Positions 29,314 through 39,427 of a stretch of 64,000 nt of DNA are shown one piece after another; positions within the stretch are counted from its first letter, which is position 1, and the number at the start of each line of letters is the position of its first letter. The position numbers and the translations under genes are program-made. The stretch is from assembly GCA_965116495.1 (NCBI GenBank), contig OZ220696.1, positions 672,001 through 736,000 of the forward strand, read 5' to 3'. Under the pieces are notes generated by a model that made no database searches, was not told where the DNA came from, and worked only from the letters and a program-made list of their open reading frames with translations. Source of the DNA: Gammaproteobacteria bacterium (GTDB lineage: Bacteria; Pseudomonadota; Gammaproteobacteria; Eutrophobiales; Eutrophobiaceae).

Positions 29314-30812
29314 TGTTTGAACTCCTCCCATTCGGAGCCGGCGCGTGGGCGTTCATAGTGATCTATGTGAGTTCATTATTGTTGTTCGGCTGGTATGGAT
29401 ACCGCTCCCGCACGGAAAATACACTCGCTGATTTTTACCTTGCGGGGTCCGGGTTCGGTACTCTGATCCTGTTATTGACGCTGTACGCAACACAGTTCAG
29501 CGGCAATACCTTCTTTGCCTTTACCGGGATGACCTACCGGATCGGTTTTTCCTGGATCATGTCCGTTTATTTCATGGTGGCGATCATCGCTTTTTACCTG
29601 GTTTATGCCCTGCGTTTGCGGCCGTTGGCCAGGCAACATGGTTTCATTACGCCGGTCGATTACCTGAATTGGCGTTTCAGGTCAGGCACACTTAATTTGC
29701 TGGCCGCCCTGGTTATGATCATATCTCTGGGCAATTTCCTGCTGGCGCAGTTGATGGCCATGGGCCGGGCCATGCAGGGGATGGCTGCGGGCAACCCTGA
29801 CACGGCATACACGATGGGTGTCATTGTGCTGGCCCTGATCATGGTGATTTACGGGACACTGGGCGGTCTGCGCGCCGTGGCATGGACGGACGCGGTGCAG
29901 GGCACCGTACTGTTCATCGGGTTTTTATTGCTGATCTCATCACTGATCCTGAAATTCGGCCCTTTGTCCGTTGCCACGGCCACTATAATGGACTCGGCCG
30001 ACGCCCATAAAATCATGCTGCCCGATGCCAACAGGATGAGGGAGTGGTTAAGTTATATCCTGCTTGTCGGTATGGGCGGTGCATTGTACCCCCATGCGAT
30101 TCAACGGATTTATGCATCCAGGTCAGGCCAGGTATTACGGCGGAGCCTGGCCGGCATGGTCTTCCTGCAGATTTTTGCGACCTTGATTGCCGTGATTGCC
30201 GGTATTTATGCCATTGCCAATATACCGGGACTGGAAGGAATTCAATCCGACCAGGTCATGGCGCGCATTTTTCGCCTGCTGCAGGAAGACTCGGTTTTCG
30301 GTTACTGGCTGGTCGTGATTTTGTTCGCCGCGATCATTTCCGCGATGATGTCCACGGCCGATTCGGCCCTGTTGACTATCTCATCCATGCTTACCAAGGA
30401 TGTGTATGCCGGGTATTTGGGCCGGAATGCAACCCAGGCTGAGTTAACGGGGATCGGCAAACTCTGTTCCTGGGCATTGATCCTGTTCCTTGGCTGGCTG
30501 GCGATCATGCTGCAGGACAAGGCCTCATTGATCACACTGATCGACAGGAAGTTCGACCTGCTGGTCCAATTGGTTCCTGCGTTCATGTTAGGTATCCGCT
30601 GGGGGAATTTGTGTGCAGGGCCGGTAGTCGCCGGTCTTGTTACGGGACTTGCCGTTGCGCTGGCGCTTGCCTTCGGCCCGTTTGACTTTGTCAGCGCCGG
30701 CAAGATATGGGGGTTTCATCCGGGTCTGTACGGGTTGTTGCTCAACCTGGTAATAGCGGTAGGCGGTTCCCTGTTGCTGAATAGTTCTGAATACCCCGGC
30801 TCTCGCCAGTAG
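29313..30812 (+). CDS. Sodium:solute symporter (SSS; PanF/PutP-like)
   Basis: DFYLAG, ATQFSGNTF, GGLRAVAWTDAVQG, SAMMSTADS motifs. Confidence 0.92.
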   Translation: MFELLPFGAGAWAFIVIYVSSLLLFGWYGYRSRTENTLADFYLAGSGFGTLILLLTLYATQFSGNTFFAFTGMTYRIGFSWIMSVYFMVAIIAFYLVYALRLRPLARQHGFITPVDYLNWRFRSGTLNLLAALVMIISLGNFLLAQLMAMGRAMQGMAAGNPDTAYTMGVIVLALIMVIYGTLGGLRAVAWTDAVQGTVLFIGFLLLISSLILKFGPLSVATATIMDSADAHKIMLPDANRMREWLSYILLVGMGGALYPHAIQRIYASRSGQVLRRSLAGMVFLQIFATLIAVIAGIYAIANIPGLEGIQSDQVMARIFRLLQEDSVFGYWLVVILFAAIISAMMSTADSALLTISSMLTKDVYAGYLGRNATQAELTGIGKLCSWALILFLGWLAIMLQDKASLITLIDRKFDLLVQLVPAFMLGIRWGNLCAGPVVAGLVTGLAVALALAFGPFDFVSAGKIWGFHPGLYGLLLNLVIAVGGSLLLNSSEYPGSRQ

Positions 30813-30952
30813 GAACCCTGTTTCACGATAAAGTATCCAGCCGCTTTGATGTTGTAATAGACTCATACCGTAACGGGATTGCAGTCGACTTTGAATGTGA
30901 AAACGGCGTAATTACCATGCTGGAATTTACCCAGACCGCAGCATCATGGAAT

Positions 30953-31729
30953 TCACCCGTTGCCGCCGCCTGAGACGTACAGTATCTGGCCGGTGATGTA
31001 GGATGCGCCATCACCGGCAAGGAATGCGACCGCATCAGCCACTTCTTCGGTAGTCCCCATCCGTCGGAGAAACGAATCTCCCAGGGTTTGCTCGATCATG
31101 TCACTGCGCCACAGTTTTTCAGCTTCGGTCGGCCCGTCAGGGTTGCGCGGGATCACCCGGTTGGCTTCTATTGCGCCGGGCGCCACGCAGTTAACCCGGA
31201 TATTGTATTCTGCCAGTTCCATGGCAAGGCACACGGTGATTGCATGAACACCGCCTTTGGCCGCGGAGTAGGGAACCCGGTAAATTCCCCGGGTCGCCAC
31301 TGAACCGATATTCACGATCGCGCCCTGCCGGCGTTCGACCATATGTGGTATGACTGCCCGGCATCCGCGCAGGGTCGGCCACAGCGTTCTGCTGATTTCC
31401 CGTTGTATTTCCTCATCTTCGTATTCCTGGAAGGGTTTGGTCCAGATGGTACCGCCGACGTTGTTTACGGCAATATCGATACGGCCATATGCGCCAAGGG
31501 TTTTTTCTACCAGGTAATCCACACCTTCCCTGGTTTCCATGTCAGCTTCGATGACCAGGACAGCGCCGCCGGACGCGGCTATCTCGTCACCCACAATGTT
31601 GCAGGCATCGGGCACGCGATCCGCCAGGGCCAACCTGGCGCCGTCCCGGGCCAGACGCAATGCCGTGGCGCGGCCTATTCCCTGGGCTGCTCCGGTAACG
31701 ATCGCCGTTCTACCCGATAAGCCGGTCAC
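30953..31729 (-). CDS. cis-dihydrodiol (carboxylate) dehydrogenase, SDR, BenD/XylL-like
   Basis: TGAAQGIG, NNVGGTIWTKPF, SVATRGIYRVPYSAAKGG, characteristic of BenD/XylL. Confidence 0.85.
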   Translation of the reverse strand: MTGLSGRTAIVTGAAQGIGRATALRLARDGARLALADRVPDACNIVGDEIAASGGAVLVIEADMETREGVDYLVEKTLGAYGRIDIAVNNVGGTIWTKPFQEYEDEEIQREISRTLWPTLRGCRAVIPHMVERRQGAIVNIGSVATRGIYRVPYSAAKGGVHAITVCLAMELAEYNIRVNCVAPGAIEANRVIPRNPDGPTEAEKLWRSDMIEQTLGDSFLRRMGTTEEVADAVAFLAGDGASYITGQILYVSGGGNG

Positions 31730-32217
31730 AGCGGGTAGGCCATGAAGCGCTCGACCATGGATGAATCCGTGACCACTTTTTTTGCGAGAAACGAGGCCTC
31801 ACTGCCGTTGATGGCGACACGATCGAAATACATGCCTGAGGCAAACAGTTCCGTTCTGCCGGTTTCAACAGGCGTATAGTTCACCGTAAAATTGGTTGTA
31901 ACTTCATACAGGTTGCCCTGCCCATGCCGGCAGGTTAAGCGCTGGATAAAATGGCGAGTGCGGTAATCAGATAAGGTACCGGCCCAGATCCTGGTAACAT
32001 AGGTGACCCGGTCTTTTAACCGGGCATAATTATCATCCAGGATCAAGGCCAGGGGCAGCCCCGCTTCCTCGCTCTCCGCCGTGGTGCAGACATAGGATGC
32101 TTCCGGAGTCTCGCAGAAGGTTGCCAGCCACTCATCCATGTTTCTGCCATCGAGCGCCGCGATATAGCGGATTTGCAGGGCATCGATGGCTGCCAGCACG
32201 CCGTTGTCCATGGTCAT
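31726..32217 (-). CDS. Aromatic ring-hydroxylating oxygenase beta subunit
   Basis: YIAALD...EWLATF, LKDRV, YRTRHF, terminal YPL; coupled to the alpha subunit and the SDR. Confidence 0.88.
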   Translation of the reverse strand: MTMDNGVLAAIDALQIRYIAALDGRNMDEWLATFCETPEASYVCTTAESEEAGLPLALILDDNYARLKDRVTYVTRIWAGTLSDYRTRHFIQRLTCRHGQGNLYEVTTNFTVNYTPVETGRTELFASGMYFDRVAINGSEASFLAKKVVTDSSMVERFMAYPL

Positions 32218-33190
32218 TCAGCAGGCGCCTTCTCAAAACCCATGACTTTACGGTAATACTCCTAGCCAGGCAGGTTCGAGGATTCATCACTCTGACCGAA
32301 TTCGGTTGGAATCCGGTATTCATCTGTCACGCCCATCTGGAACACGGCGTCCCCGGGCGTCTGGCTGCCGCTGTGCAGGCGGTGGAACACCGCGGCGTCC
32401 TCCATGCTGACCAGGCCGCAGGGACCCAGCAGGTTGGATGCCTGGCGCACCCGGTGACGCACCAGCTCCTCGTCATCGTCGATGTGGGCAAAGTAAGTGT
32501 AATGCACCTCAGTCTCATCGACAGAGAGAGGATTGGCAAGCCGGATGCTGATGGAATCCAGGTGCCGGGTCATGCCGGAAATGGGAAAGAACCGCACACT
32601 GACCGACCCGCGCGCCAGGTTGCCGCCGCTTTTATGTTCAATCAGGGACGGGTCCTGTAACCGGTCCACCGATTCCGGCAGGCTCAATTCGCCCACGTAA
32701 ACGCGATGGCCCCGCGCGTTGGCCTCCTGGTACCCCTTGCCGCCCTGCCAGTTCAGCATCTGGAAAGCCGCATGTAACAACCCTGCGTGATAAGTATCGT
32801 TATCGGCGTAGGTCTTCCAGTTGGCATTGAGCAGGACTTTCTGGTAACCGAGCAATCTCAGGCGTCCGTCCCCGGCAAGTACCTCTGCAATGGAAGCATG
32901 CAAACCTTCCAGGTAGACGTCGATCGGGGGCGCGCCCTCACTGAACGTGACCATGACGAGACCGTGGACCAGCGCCATCCTGGGCCTGGCCAGGGGGTAG
33001 TTGCTCTTATCAAAATCAGCCGGGTAATCACCCGGTTTGTTGGGGCAGCCGATCAGCCTGCCCCTGGAGTCGAAGGTCCAGCGGTGATACGGACAACCGA
33101 ACCTGGACTTGTTGCCCATGGGCGAGGTCTCCACCTGCGCCCCCCGGTGGGAACAGGAGTTGTACAGTACGTTTACCCTGTTTTCCCTGG
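32214..33190 (-). pseudogene. Rieske aromatic oxygenase alpha subunit; N-terminus deleted and an in-frame amber stop near the end
   Basis: Rieske CSH-x18-CPYH, NWK..ADNDTYHAGLLH, SMED. Read-through of TAG (32262-32264) gives NLPG*EYYRKVMGFEKAPAE* ending in an ATGA overlap with the beta subunit. Confidence 0.85.
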
Positions 33191-33663
33191 GTCGCGGCGG
33201 CATGTTGCCGCACTGGTTCGCAAAAGTCGATGCGCGCCACAAAACGCCGGTCAATGCGATCCTGTTTGTCGGCGCCATCTCGCTGCTTGGGCCGCCGGTC
33301 GGCAAGGCTGCGCTGGTACCGATAGTCACCAGCGGTTCCCTGGCATTCGTCGCGGCGTTGCTGATGACCTGCCTGGCTGCCCTGCGCCTGCGTAAAACCC
33401 ACCCGGACTTGATCCGCTCTTACCGGACCGGCAAGCCGGCGATGTATTGCGGGATTGCTGTTGCGGGCTTGCTGGTACTATTGATGGTGGCTCCCGGCAG
33501 TCCGGGCCAGTTGCGGCCGCTGGAGTTCGCCATTATCGGTATCTGGATGTGCCTGGGAATTGCCGGATATTGCCTGCGCCAATCCACCAATGTGATGGAC
33601 ACGAAACAGCAGAGTTACATGATCCTGGGTAGGAAACAAGACACTTGTGGTACGGAACCGTAG
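33178..33663 (+). pseudogene. C-terminal remnant of an APC-family amino acid permease
   Basis: LFSLGRGGMLPHWFAKVDARHKTPVNAI...LRLRKTHPDLIRSYR; only the last ~4 TM segments remain. Confidence 0.82.
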
Positions 33664-33674
33664 CTGGAAATAAA

Positions 33675-35453
33675 ATGAAAAAGAGCGGTTTCCTGATATT
33701 GGCATTGCTCCTGTTTTACGCTTGCGGGCAGGGTTCCCGGAATGCCGGCAGCGTGGCGCAGGGACAATCTGCACATGAGTCGGGTGAGGGCGCAAATGTC
33801 GCGGATATCGTGCTCACCAACGGCCGGATCTATACAGTCAATCCCGACCAGCCCTGGGCTGAGGCCGTCACCGTCAGGGACGGCAGGATTCAGTTTGTCG
33901 GCAGCAATGAAGCGGCCGCAGCGTACCGGGGCGGGCGAACGGAAGTCATAGACCTGGAAGGGAATATGGCCATGCCGGGACTTAATGACCTGCATGTCCA
34001 CCCGGTTTACGGTTATACCGTGCAGTTATTCGAATGCGTATTCCCGGGCACAGCGACACCGGACGTAGTCAGGCAGACCGTTGCTCAATGTGTCGAGGAT
34101 TACCCCGATGCCGAATGGATTATCGGTGGCCAGTGGGAAACGGACTTTTTTATCAAGCACGACATCCCGTCGCCGCGTGAATGGCTGGACGAGGTTTCGG
34201 GGAACAAGGCGGTCATCCTGCGGGACACCTCGTTCCATAACCGCTGGGCCAACAGCAAGGCCCTGGAACTGGCGGGACTGACCCGGGACAGCCCGGAAAT
34301 ACCCGGCGGAAAGATAGTGCGGGACCGGGAAACGGGTGAACCGAACGGCCTGTTATATGAAACCGCGTCGAGGCCTGTACTCAGCATCATCCCGGACTGG
34401 ACCGAAGAGCAATACCTGCAGGCAGCCAGGGAAGGCATCAGGTCAGCGAACCGCTTCGGCCTGACCGGTATAAAGGAAGCCTGGGCAACCCCCCAGGGAT
34501 TAAAAGCATACAAGGCCCTGGACGATGACGGCGAGATAAGTATGCACCTGGTGGTTTCCATGTCCGTCCTGCCGATGCTTGATGAGGAAAAGAACCTGGA
34601 TGCCGGCATTCTGGAACAGATGAGAACGGAATACCGCGGCCGGTACGTGAACACCGATGCCGTCAAGATTTCCATGGACGGCGTGCCTTCGGCATCCCGC
34701 TCAGCCGCGATGCTGGCTGATTATATGCCGGAGTATGAAGGCGCACCGGCCCACAACGGCAAACAGCACTACACCCAGGAAGAATTGACGCGGCTGATAG
34801 TCCGGCTCGATAAGCTTGGAATGACGGCCAAGGTGCATACCGCAGGGGATCGTTCCGTACAGGTAACCCTGAACGCCATCGAGGCCGCCCGGCAGGCGCA
34901 CGGCGACAGCGGGTTACGCCATGAACTGGCGCACGCCGGTTACATCGACGGGGCGGACATACCCCGGTTTGCCGAACTCGGTGCCGTGGCGGAAATCTCT
35001 CCCTACATCTGGTTTCCGTCCGTGAAGGTCGATTCCATCATCCGCGCCGTAGGCGAGGAGCGGGGGCGGCGTTACTGGCCGGTGCGGGACCTGCTCGAAG
35101 CCGGCGCCCAGGTAGTGGCAGGGTCCGACTGGCCTGCCGGCGCCCTGTCCAGCATGAACCCCTGGGTCGGACTGGAAGCCATGGTCAGCCGGGCGAATCC
35201 CTGGGGTATCAGGCAGGACAAGCTGTGGGAAGATCAGGCTATTACCCTGGAACAGGCCCTGGCGATCTATACGCGCTCAGGAGCGAAGGCGCTGTTTCTT
35301 GAACGGGACAGCGGCTCCATTGAGGCAGGTAAACTGGCCGATATCATCGTGCTGGAACACAACCTGTTTGAAATTCCGGTAGCCAGGATCAGCGATACAC
35401 AGGTGTCATTGACCATGTTCGAAGGCAGAATCGTATACAGTAACTCCCGCTAA
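33675..35453 (+). CDS. Amidohydro_3 (YtcJ/NfdA-like) metal-dependent amidohydrolase, lipoprotein
   Basis: Lipobox FYAC; PGLNDLHVH, VKISMDG, VHTAGD, HELAH, GSDWP motifs. Confidence 0.92.
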   Translation: MKKSGFLILALLLFYACGQGSRNAGSVAQGQSAHESGEGANVADIVLTNGRIYTVNPDQPWAEAVTVRDGRIQFVGSNEAAAAYRGGRTEVIDLEGNMAMPGLNDLHVHPVYGYTVQLFECVFPGTATPDVVRQTVAQCVEDYPDAEWIIGGQWETDFFIKHDIPSPREWLDEVSGNKAVILRDTSFHNRWANSKALELAGLTRDSPEIPGGKIVRDRETGEPNGLLYETASRPVLSIIPDWTEEQYLQAAREGIRSANRFGLTGIKEAWATPQGLKAYKALDDDGEISMHLVVSMSVLPMLDEEKNLDAGILEQMRTEYRGRYVNTDAVKISMDGVPSASRSAAMLADYMPEYEGAPAHNGKQHYTQEELTRLIVRLDKLGMTAKVHTAGDRSVQVTLNAIEAARQAHGDSGLRHELAHAGYIDGADIPRFAELGAVAEISPYIWFPSVKVDSIIRAVGEERGRRYWPVRDLLEAGAQVVAGSDWPAGALSSMNPWVGLEAMVSRANPWGIRQDKLWEDQAITLEQALAIYTRSGAKALFLERDSGSIEAGKLADIIVLEHNLFEIPVARISDTQVSLTMFEGRIVYSNSR

Positions 35454-35582
35454 GGACGCAAATGCCGGCAAATGCCGGGGTCAGAGTAAAATCGCCGATG
35501 GTGTCGGCAACAGCAGCGCCGGTGGTGATTTTACTCTGACCCCACCTGACTGACCTGGGTTAGCGAGAGCCACTAAGGACGC
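35450..35582. mobile_element. Short REP/MITE-like insertion with a 17-bp inverted repeat and 10-bp flanking direct repeats
   Basis: IR GGGGTCAGAGTAAAATC (35477-35493) / GATTTTACTCTGACCCC (35527-35543); DR CTAAGGACGC at 35450-35459 and 35573-35582. Confidence 0.65.
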
Positions 35583-37303
35583 TACTCTCCTGCTGCGCGC
35601 AGGTAAACCGTCTCCCCGTTGATGAGGGTTTGCATAACCCTGACCTGGTGTAATTCATTTGCCGGAATTTCGTACGGGTCACGGTCGATCACTACCAGGT
35701 CGGCCAGCTTGCCGGGTTCTATGCTTCCCAGTTTGTCTGTGTTTCCCATGTGTTTTGCCGAATTGACCGTGAACATCTTAATGGCCTGGTCCAGGTTGAT
35801 GGCCTGCTCCTTGCCGAAACTGTCTTCGCTGCCGCCCGGTCGTTGCCTGGTCACCAGCGCTTCGATGGCAATCCACGGATTGACCGAGGGTACGACGGAC
35901 CAGTCCGAGCCCGGCACCGCCAGGGCGCCGGCTTCGATTACCTCGCGCACCGGCCAGACCCGTTTGATGCGTTCTGTCCCGACCGCCGCGGTGATACTGT
36001 CGTTAATCGGACTGGGACTCCACAGGTAAGGGGACATTTCAAAGCTCGCCCCGATTTCGCGACCCAGGGACATGTCGGCAAGAGCGACGAAAGTGCAATG
36101 CCCGACGTTATGCCACAGGCCGCTGTTGCCGTTGGCCCGGCGGGCGCTCGCTATGGCCTGCAAGCCTGCGCGCACTGCGGCGTCCCCGGCGGCATGGAAC
36201 TTGACCGTAAGGCCCATAGCATCGAAGCGGGTGACCGCCTCGTTTAATACTGCCTGTTCCTCCAGCAACATGCCAAAACGGCTGGCTTCGTCGTCGCGTC
36301 CTTCAACCGTACCCTCGTAAGGTTCCAGCATGGCTGCCGTGTGGCTATCGGTCGGGACTCCGTCGAGAAAGATCTTGACGCAATCGAGGGACACGCGTTC
36401 CCTTGCATACACTGCGCCGGACTCGATAAACGCCTCCATTTCCACATTGCCGCTGAACCACGGCATACACAACCTTGCGCGCTGTTTAAGAACACCGGAG
36501 TCAGCCAGCGCGGCATAGGCTGAGGCCTCTTTTACGGCGTTCGAGGAATACCCGGTGGATGCCTCGGAAAAAGAGGTGATGCCGTTGGCCAGCATCTTGC
36601 CAAGCGCCCACTCCAGCGCAGACCGTATCTGTTCATCCGTGGCTTCAGGGACATGTTGCCGTACCAGTACCACCGCCTCCTCCCTGAGTATGCCGGTGGG
36701 AGCGCCGGAACCGTCCCGTTCGATGATGCCGTTTTCCGGGTCGGGTGTAGCGCTGGTCAGACCGGCAATTTCCAGCGCCCTGGAGTTGGCCCAGGCGCTA
36801 TGTTCGCTGGTATCACTGAGCAATACGGGATTGTCCGGTGTGATCCCGTCGAGCATCGCTGCATTAGGCACCCGGCCGATGGCGGACGCGTCCCATTGTC
36901 CGCCGGTGATCCACTCTCCGGGTTCAGCCTGGCCGGCGCAGGTTTTGACATGCTGTCGAATCTGCTTTAGCGTGGAACCCTGGGGAATGACACAGCGTTG
37001 CGCCTGCATGCCGGCATACACGGGGTGTACGTGCAGGTCGTGAAATCCCGGCAGTACGACCCGGCCGTTCAAATCAATCAGCCTGGTGTTTGCATCTGCC
37101 ATGGCATTGATTGTTTCCGTGTCGCCGACGGCAGCAATTCTCCCCTCCCGGACGGCCACAGCTTCGGCCAACGGTTGCTCTTCGCTCAAGGTATAAATTT
37201 TTCCATTGATAAAGAAGATTTCTTCACCAGAAGACTGCGCACAGGTGGCAAGAAACAGGGTCGTGACAGATGCAAATATTTTTATTTGTTTTAATATCGC
37301 CAT
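35582..37303 (-). CDS. Amidohydro_3 (YtcJ/NfdA-like) amidohydrolase, exported; paralog of the convergent gene
   Basis: Start ATG 37303; PGFHDLHVH, VKIFLDG, FHAAGD, HNVGH, GSDW motifs. Confidence 0.92.
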   Translation of the reverse strand: MAILKQIKIFASVTTLFLATCAQSSGEEIFFINGKIYTLSEEQPLAEAVAVREGRIAAVGDTETINAMADANTRLIDLNGRVVLPGFHDLHVHPVYAGMQAQRCVIPQGSTLKQIRQHVKTCAGQAEPGEWITGGQWDASAIGRVPNAAMLDGITPDNPVLLSDTSEHSAWANSRALEIAGLTSATPDPENGIIERDGSGAPTGILREEAVVLVRQHVPEATDEQIRSALEWALGKMLANGITSFSEASTGYSSNAVKEASAYAALADSGVLKQRARLCMPWFSGNVEMEAFIESGAVYARERVSLDCVKIFLDGVPTDSHTAAMLEPYEGTVEGRDDEASRFGMLLEEQAVLNEAVTRFDAMGLTVKFHAAGDAAVRAGLQAIASARRANGNSGLWHNVGHCTFVALADMSLGREIGASFEMSPYLWSPSPINDSITAAVGTERIKRVWPVREVIEAGALAVPGSDWSVVPSVNPWIAIEALVTRQRPGGSEDSFGKEQAINLDQAIKMFTVNSAKHMGNTDKLGSIEPGKLADLVVIDRDPYEIPANELHQVRVMQTLINGETVYLRAAGE

Positions 37304-37366
37304 AAGACGGATGATTATTCGTATAACACGATACAATGTCAAACAAATGATGCTAATGGAAAAACC

Positions 37367-39427
37367 ATGACTGAAAATACCGAAATCATAAAGAGCAACT
37401 GCCCCCGTGACTGTTATGACGGTTGCGGGATCAGTATCGAAAAAATCGACGGCCGGATCAGCAGGGTAATGGGTGACGAAACACACCCTGTATCTCGCGG
37501 ACGGCTGTGCAACAAGTGTGCTATTGCCTATAACGGCGTCTGGCAGGACGAGAGCGAACGGCTGCTATATCCAATGAAGCGAAGCGGTGAGAAGGGGGGT
37601 GGGCAGTTTGAACGCATCAGTTGGGATGAGGCGATCGGTGCCATTACCGGCCGGTTAAAGGCCGATATCACCGAACACGGACCTGGATCGATCATACATA
37701 CGCATTATTCGGGGACATTGTCGCTGATCGCACTGCTGTTCCCCATGCGCTTCTTCCTCAAACTCGGTGCGGCGGAAGTCGATCCGGACAGTATCTGCAA
37801 CGCCGCGGGCCATGCCGCATTGTCGCTGTTATACGGGGAATCACACGTGGGGTTTGACCCCCGTACCATCAAGGATTCAAACTGTGTTCTTATCTGGGGC
37901 GCCAATCCGTCCCATTCGGGTCCCCACAGCCATAAACACTGGTTTGCCGCTGCCGGGGCCAAAAAGATTGTGGTCGACCCGGTGCGCACGAACACCGCCC
38001 GGGCCGCTGATATTCATTTGCAGCTTTATCCCGGCACGGACGCGGCCCTGGCTTACAGCCTGCTGCACGTGATGCAGCGGGACGGCTTGTTTGCTGACGG
38101 GTTTATCGGGCAGCACACGGTGGGAAGCGATGAGTTGCTGCCCATAGTCAAAAGCTGCTCGCCGGAATGGGGAGAGCAGGTAACCGGTGTTCCGGCTGCG
38201 CTGATAGAAGAAGCGGCGGACTATTACGCTAAAGGGCCGTCATTGTTATGGCTGGGGCAGGGGTTTCAGCGCCAGTTGCACGGCGGCAACTGCATGCGTG
38301 CGGTAGGGTTGTTGCCGGCGTTAACGGGAAATATAGGAAAAGCCGGCGCGGGCTTCAGCTACGTCACCTACACCCCGGCCATTGCCGGCCTGGATTTTGA
38401 TGCTATGGCCGGTGCACAGCTTGCTGCTGCCGAACCCGCTTCGATCAGCCACATGGACTTTGCGGAGCAACTGTCGGACCGGAGCCGGTTTAAATCACTG
38501 CTGGTCTGGAACACCAACCCGGTTGCATCAGCCCCCAACCAGACCAGGTTGCGCAAGGCCCTGGAGAGAGACGACCTGTTTACCGTGGTCATTGACTGCT
38601 TCCAGACAGATTCGGCGGATTATGCCGATGTCCTCTTGCCGGCTGCAGGTTTTCTGGAATTCGACGACCTGACCTTCAGTTATTTCCATCTGAATATCGG
38701 CGTACAGTCAAAGGCCAGGGAGCCCATGGGCGAATCATTGCCCAACCAGGAAATCTTCCGGCGTCTGGCAAGGGGCATGGGTTTCACGGATAAGGAATTA
38801 TTTGAAACCGACGGGGAGTTGATTAACGGCATGCTGGAGCAAATGGGAGTGAGTGGGGGCTTCAAGGAATTTCAGCAGAGGGGCTGGCAGCCAATCAGCG
38901 ACGAACCGATCATTCCCTGGGCCGACCTGCAGTTCCCGACGGACAGCAGCAAAATAGAACTGGCCTCTGATGCTGCGGAAAGCCGGGGTTTGCCTCGGGT
39001 CCCCCAGGCAACAGCGGACCAGGGCCAGACTGGCGGGCAGTTGCGCCTGATCACGCCGGCGTCTGACTACAGGTTGAACGATTCCTATGCCAATGATCCC
39101 AAACTCGCCCGCAACGCCGGTGATGCCGGGGTGTATATCCACCCCGAGGACGCCGCACGGCTGAATGTCGGGGACGGCGCCAGGGTTAATTTAAGCAACA
39201 GCAACGGCGAGCTGAACCTGACCGCAACCATAGTCGACATTTCAGTCCCCGGGATACTGGTCTCTTACAAGGGGCGCTGGCCAAAAAAGGAACAGGAAAA
39301 AAAGAACGTGAACGTGCTGCACATCGGACAAAAAGCGGACATGGCGGAGAGTACCAGCGTGCACAGCACCCTGGTAACCCTTACCCCTGACAGCCAGGCG
39401 CGCACTGTTGCAAATCAACAGCTATAG
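37367..39427 (+). CDS. Mo/W-bisPGD oxidoreductase (DMSO reductase superfamily, YoaE-like, cytoplasmic)
   Basis: N-terminal 4Fe-4S motif CPRDCYDGC-x26-C, FERISWDEA, IWGANP, VVDP, YADVLLP, C-terminal IHPEDA binding domain. Confidence 0.92.
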   Translation: MTENTEIIKSNCPRDCYDGCGISIEKIDGRISRVMGDETHPVSRGRLCNKCAIAYNGVWQDESERLLYPMKRSGEKGGGQFERISWDEAIGAITGRLKADITEHGPGSIIHTHYSGTLSLIALLFPMRFFLKLGAAEVDPDSICNAAGHAALSLLYGESHVGFDPRTIKDSNCVLIWGANPSHSGPHSHKHWFAAAGAKKIVVDPVRTNTARAADIHLQLYPGTDAALAYSLLHVMQRDGLFADGFIGQHTVGSDELLPIVKSCSPEWGEQVTGVPAALIEEAADYYAKGPSLLWLGQGFQRQLHGGNCMRAVGLLPALTGNIGKAGAGFSYVTYTPAIAGLDFDAMAGAQLAAAEPASISHMDFAEQLSDRSRFKSLLVWNTNPVASAPNQTRLRKALERDDLFTVVIDCFQTDSADYADVLLPAAGFLEFDDLTFSYFHLNIGVQSKAREPMGESLPNQEIFRRLARGMGFTDKELFETDGELINGMLEQMGVSGGFKEFQQRGWQPISDEPIIPWADLQFPTDSSKIELASDAAESRGLPRVPQATADQGQTGGQLRLITPASDYRLNDSYANDPKLARNAGDAGVYIHPEDAARLNVGDGARVNLSNSNGELNLTATIVDISVPGILVSYKGRWPKKEQEKKNVNVLHIGQKADMAESTSVHSTLVTLTPDSQARTVANQQL

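Noticed and set aside
30815-30952. Startless frame faintly resembling CyaY (DFECENGVITMLEF)
   Set aside because: Similarity is too short and weak to call without a search.
32262-32264. Pyrrolysine or programmed read-through at the TAG
   Set aside because: The position corresponds to an expected Trp in a gene already lacking its 5' end; no pyl genes are in the window.
32262-33329. Intact 355-aa Rieske alpha subunit
   Set aside because: The first ~45 codons are antisense permease sequence and the end is a premature amber stop.
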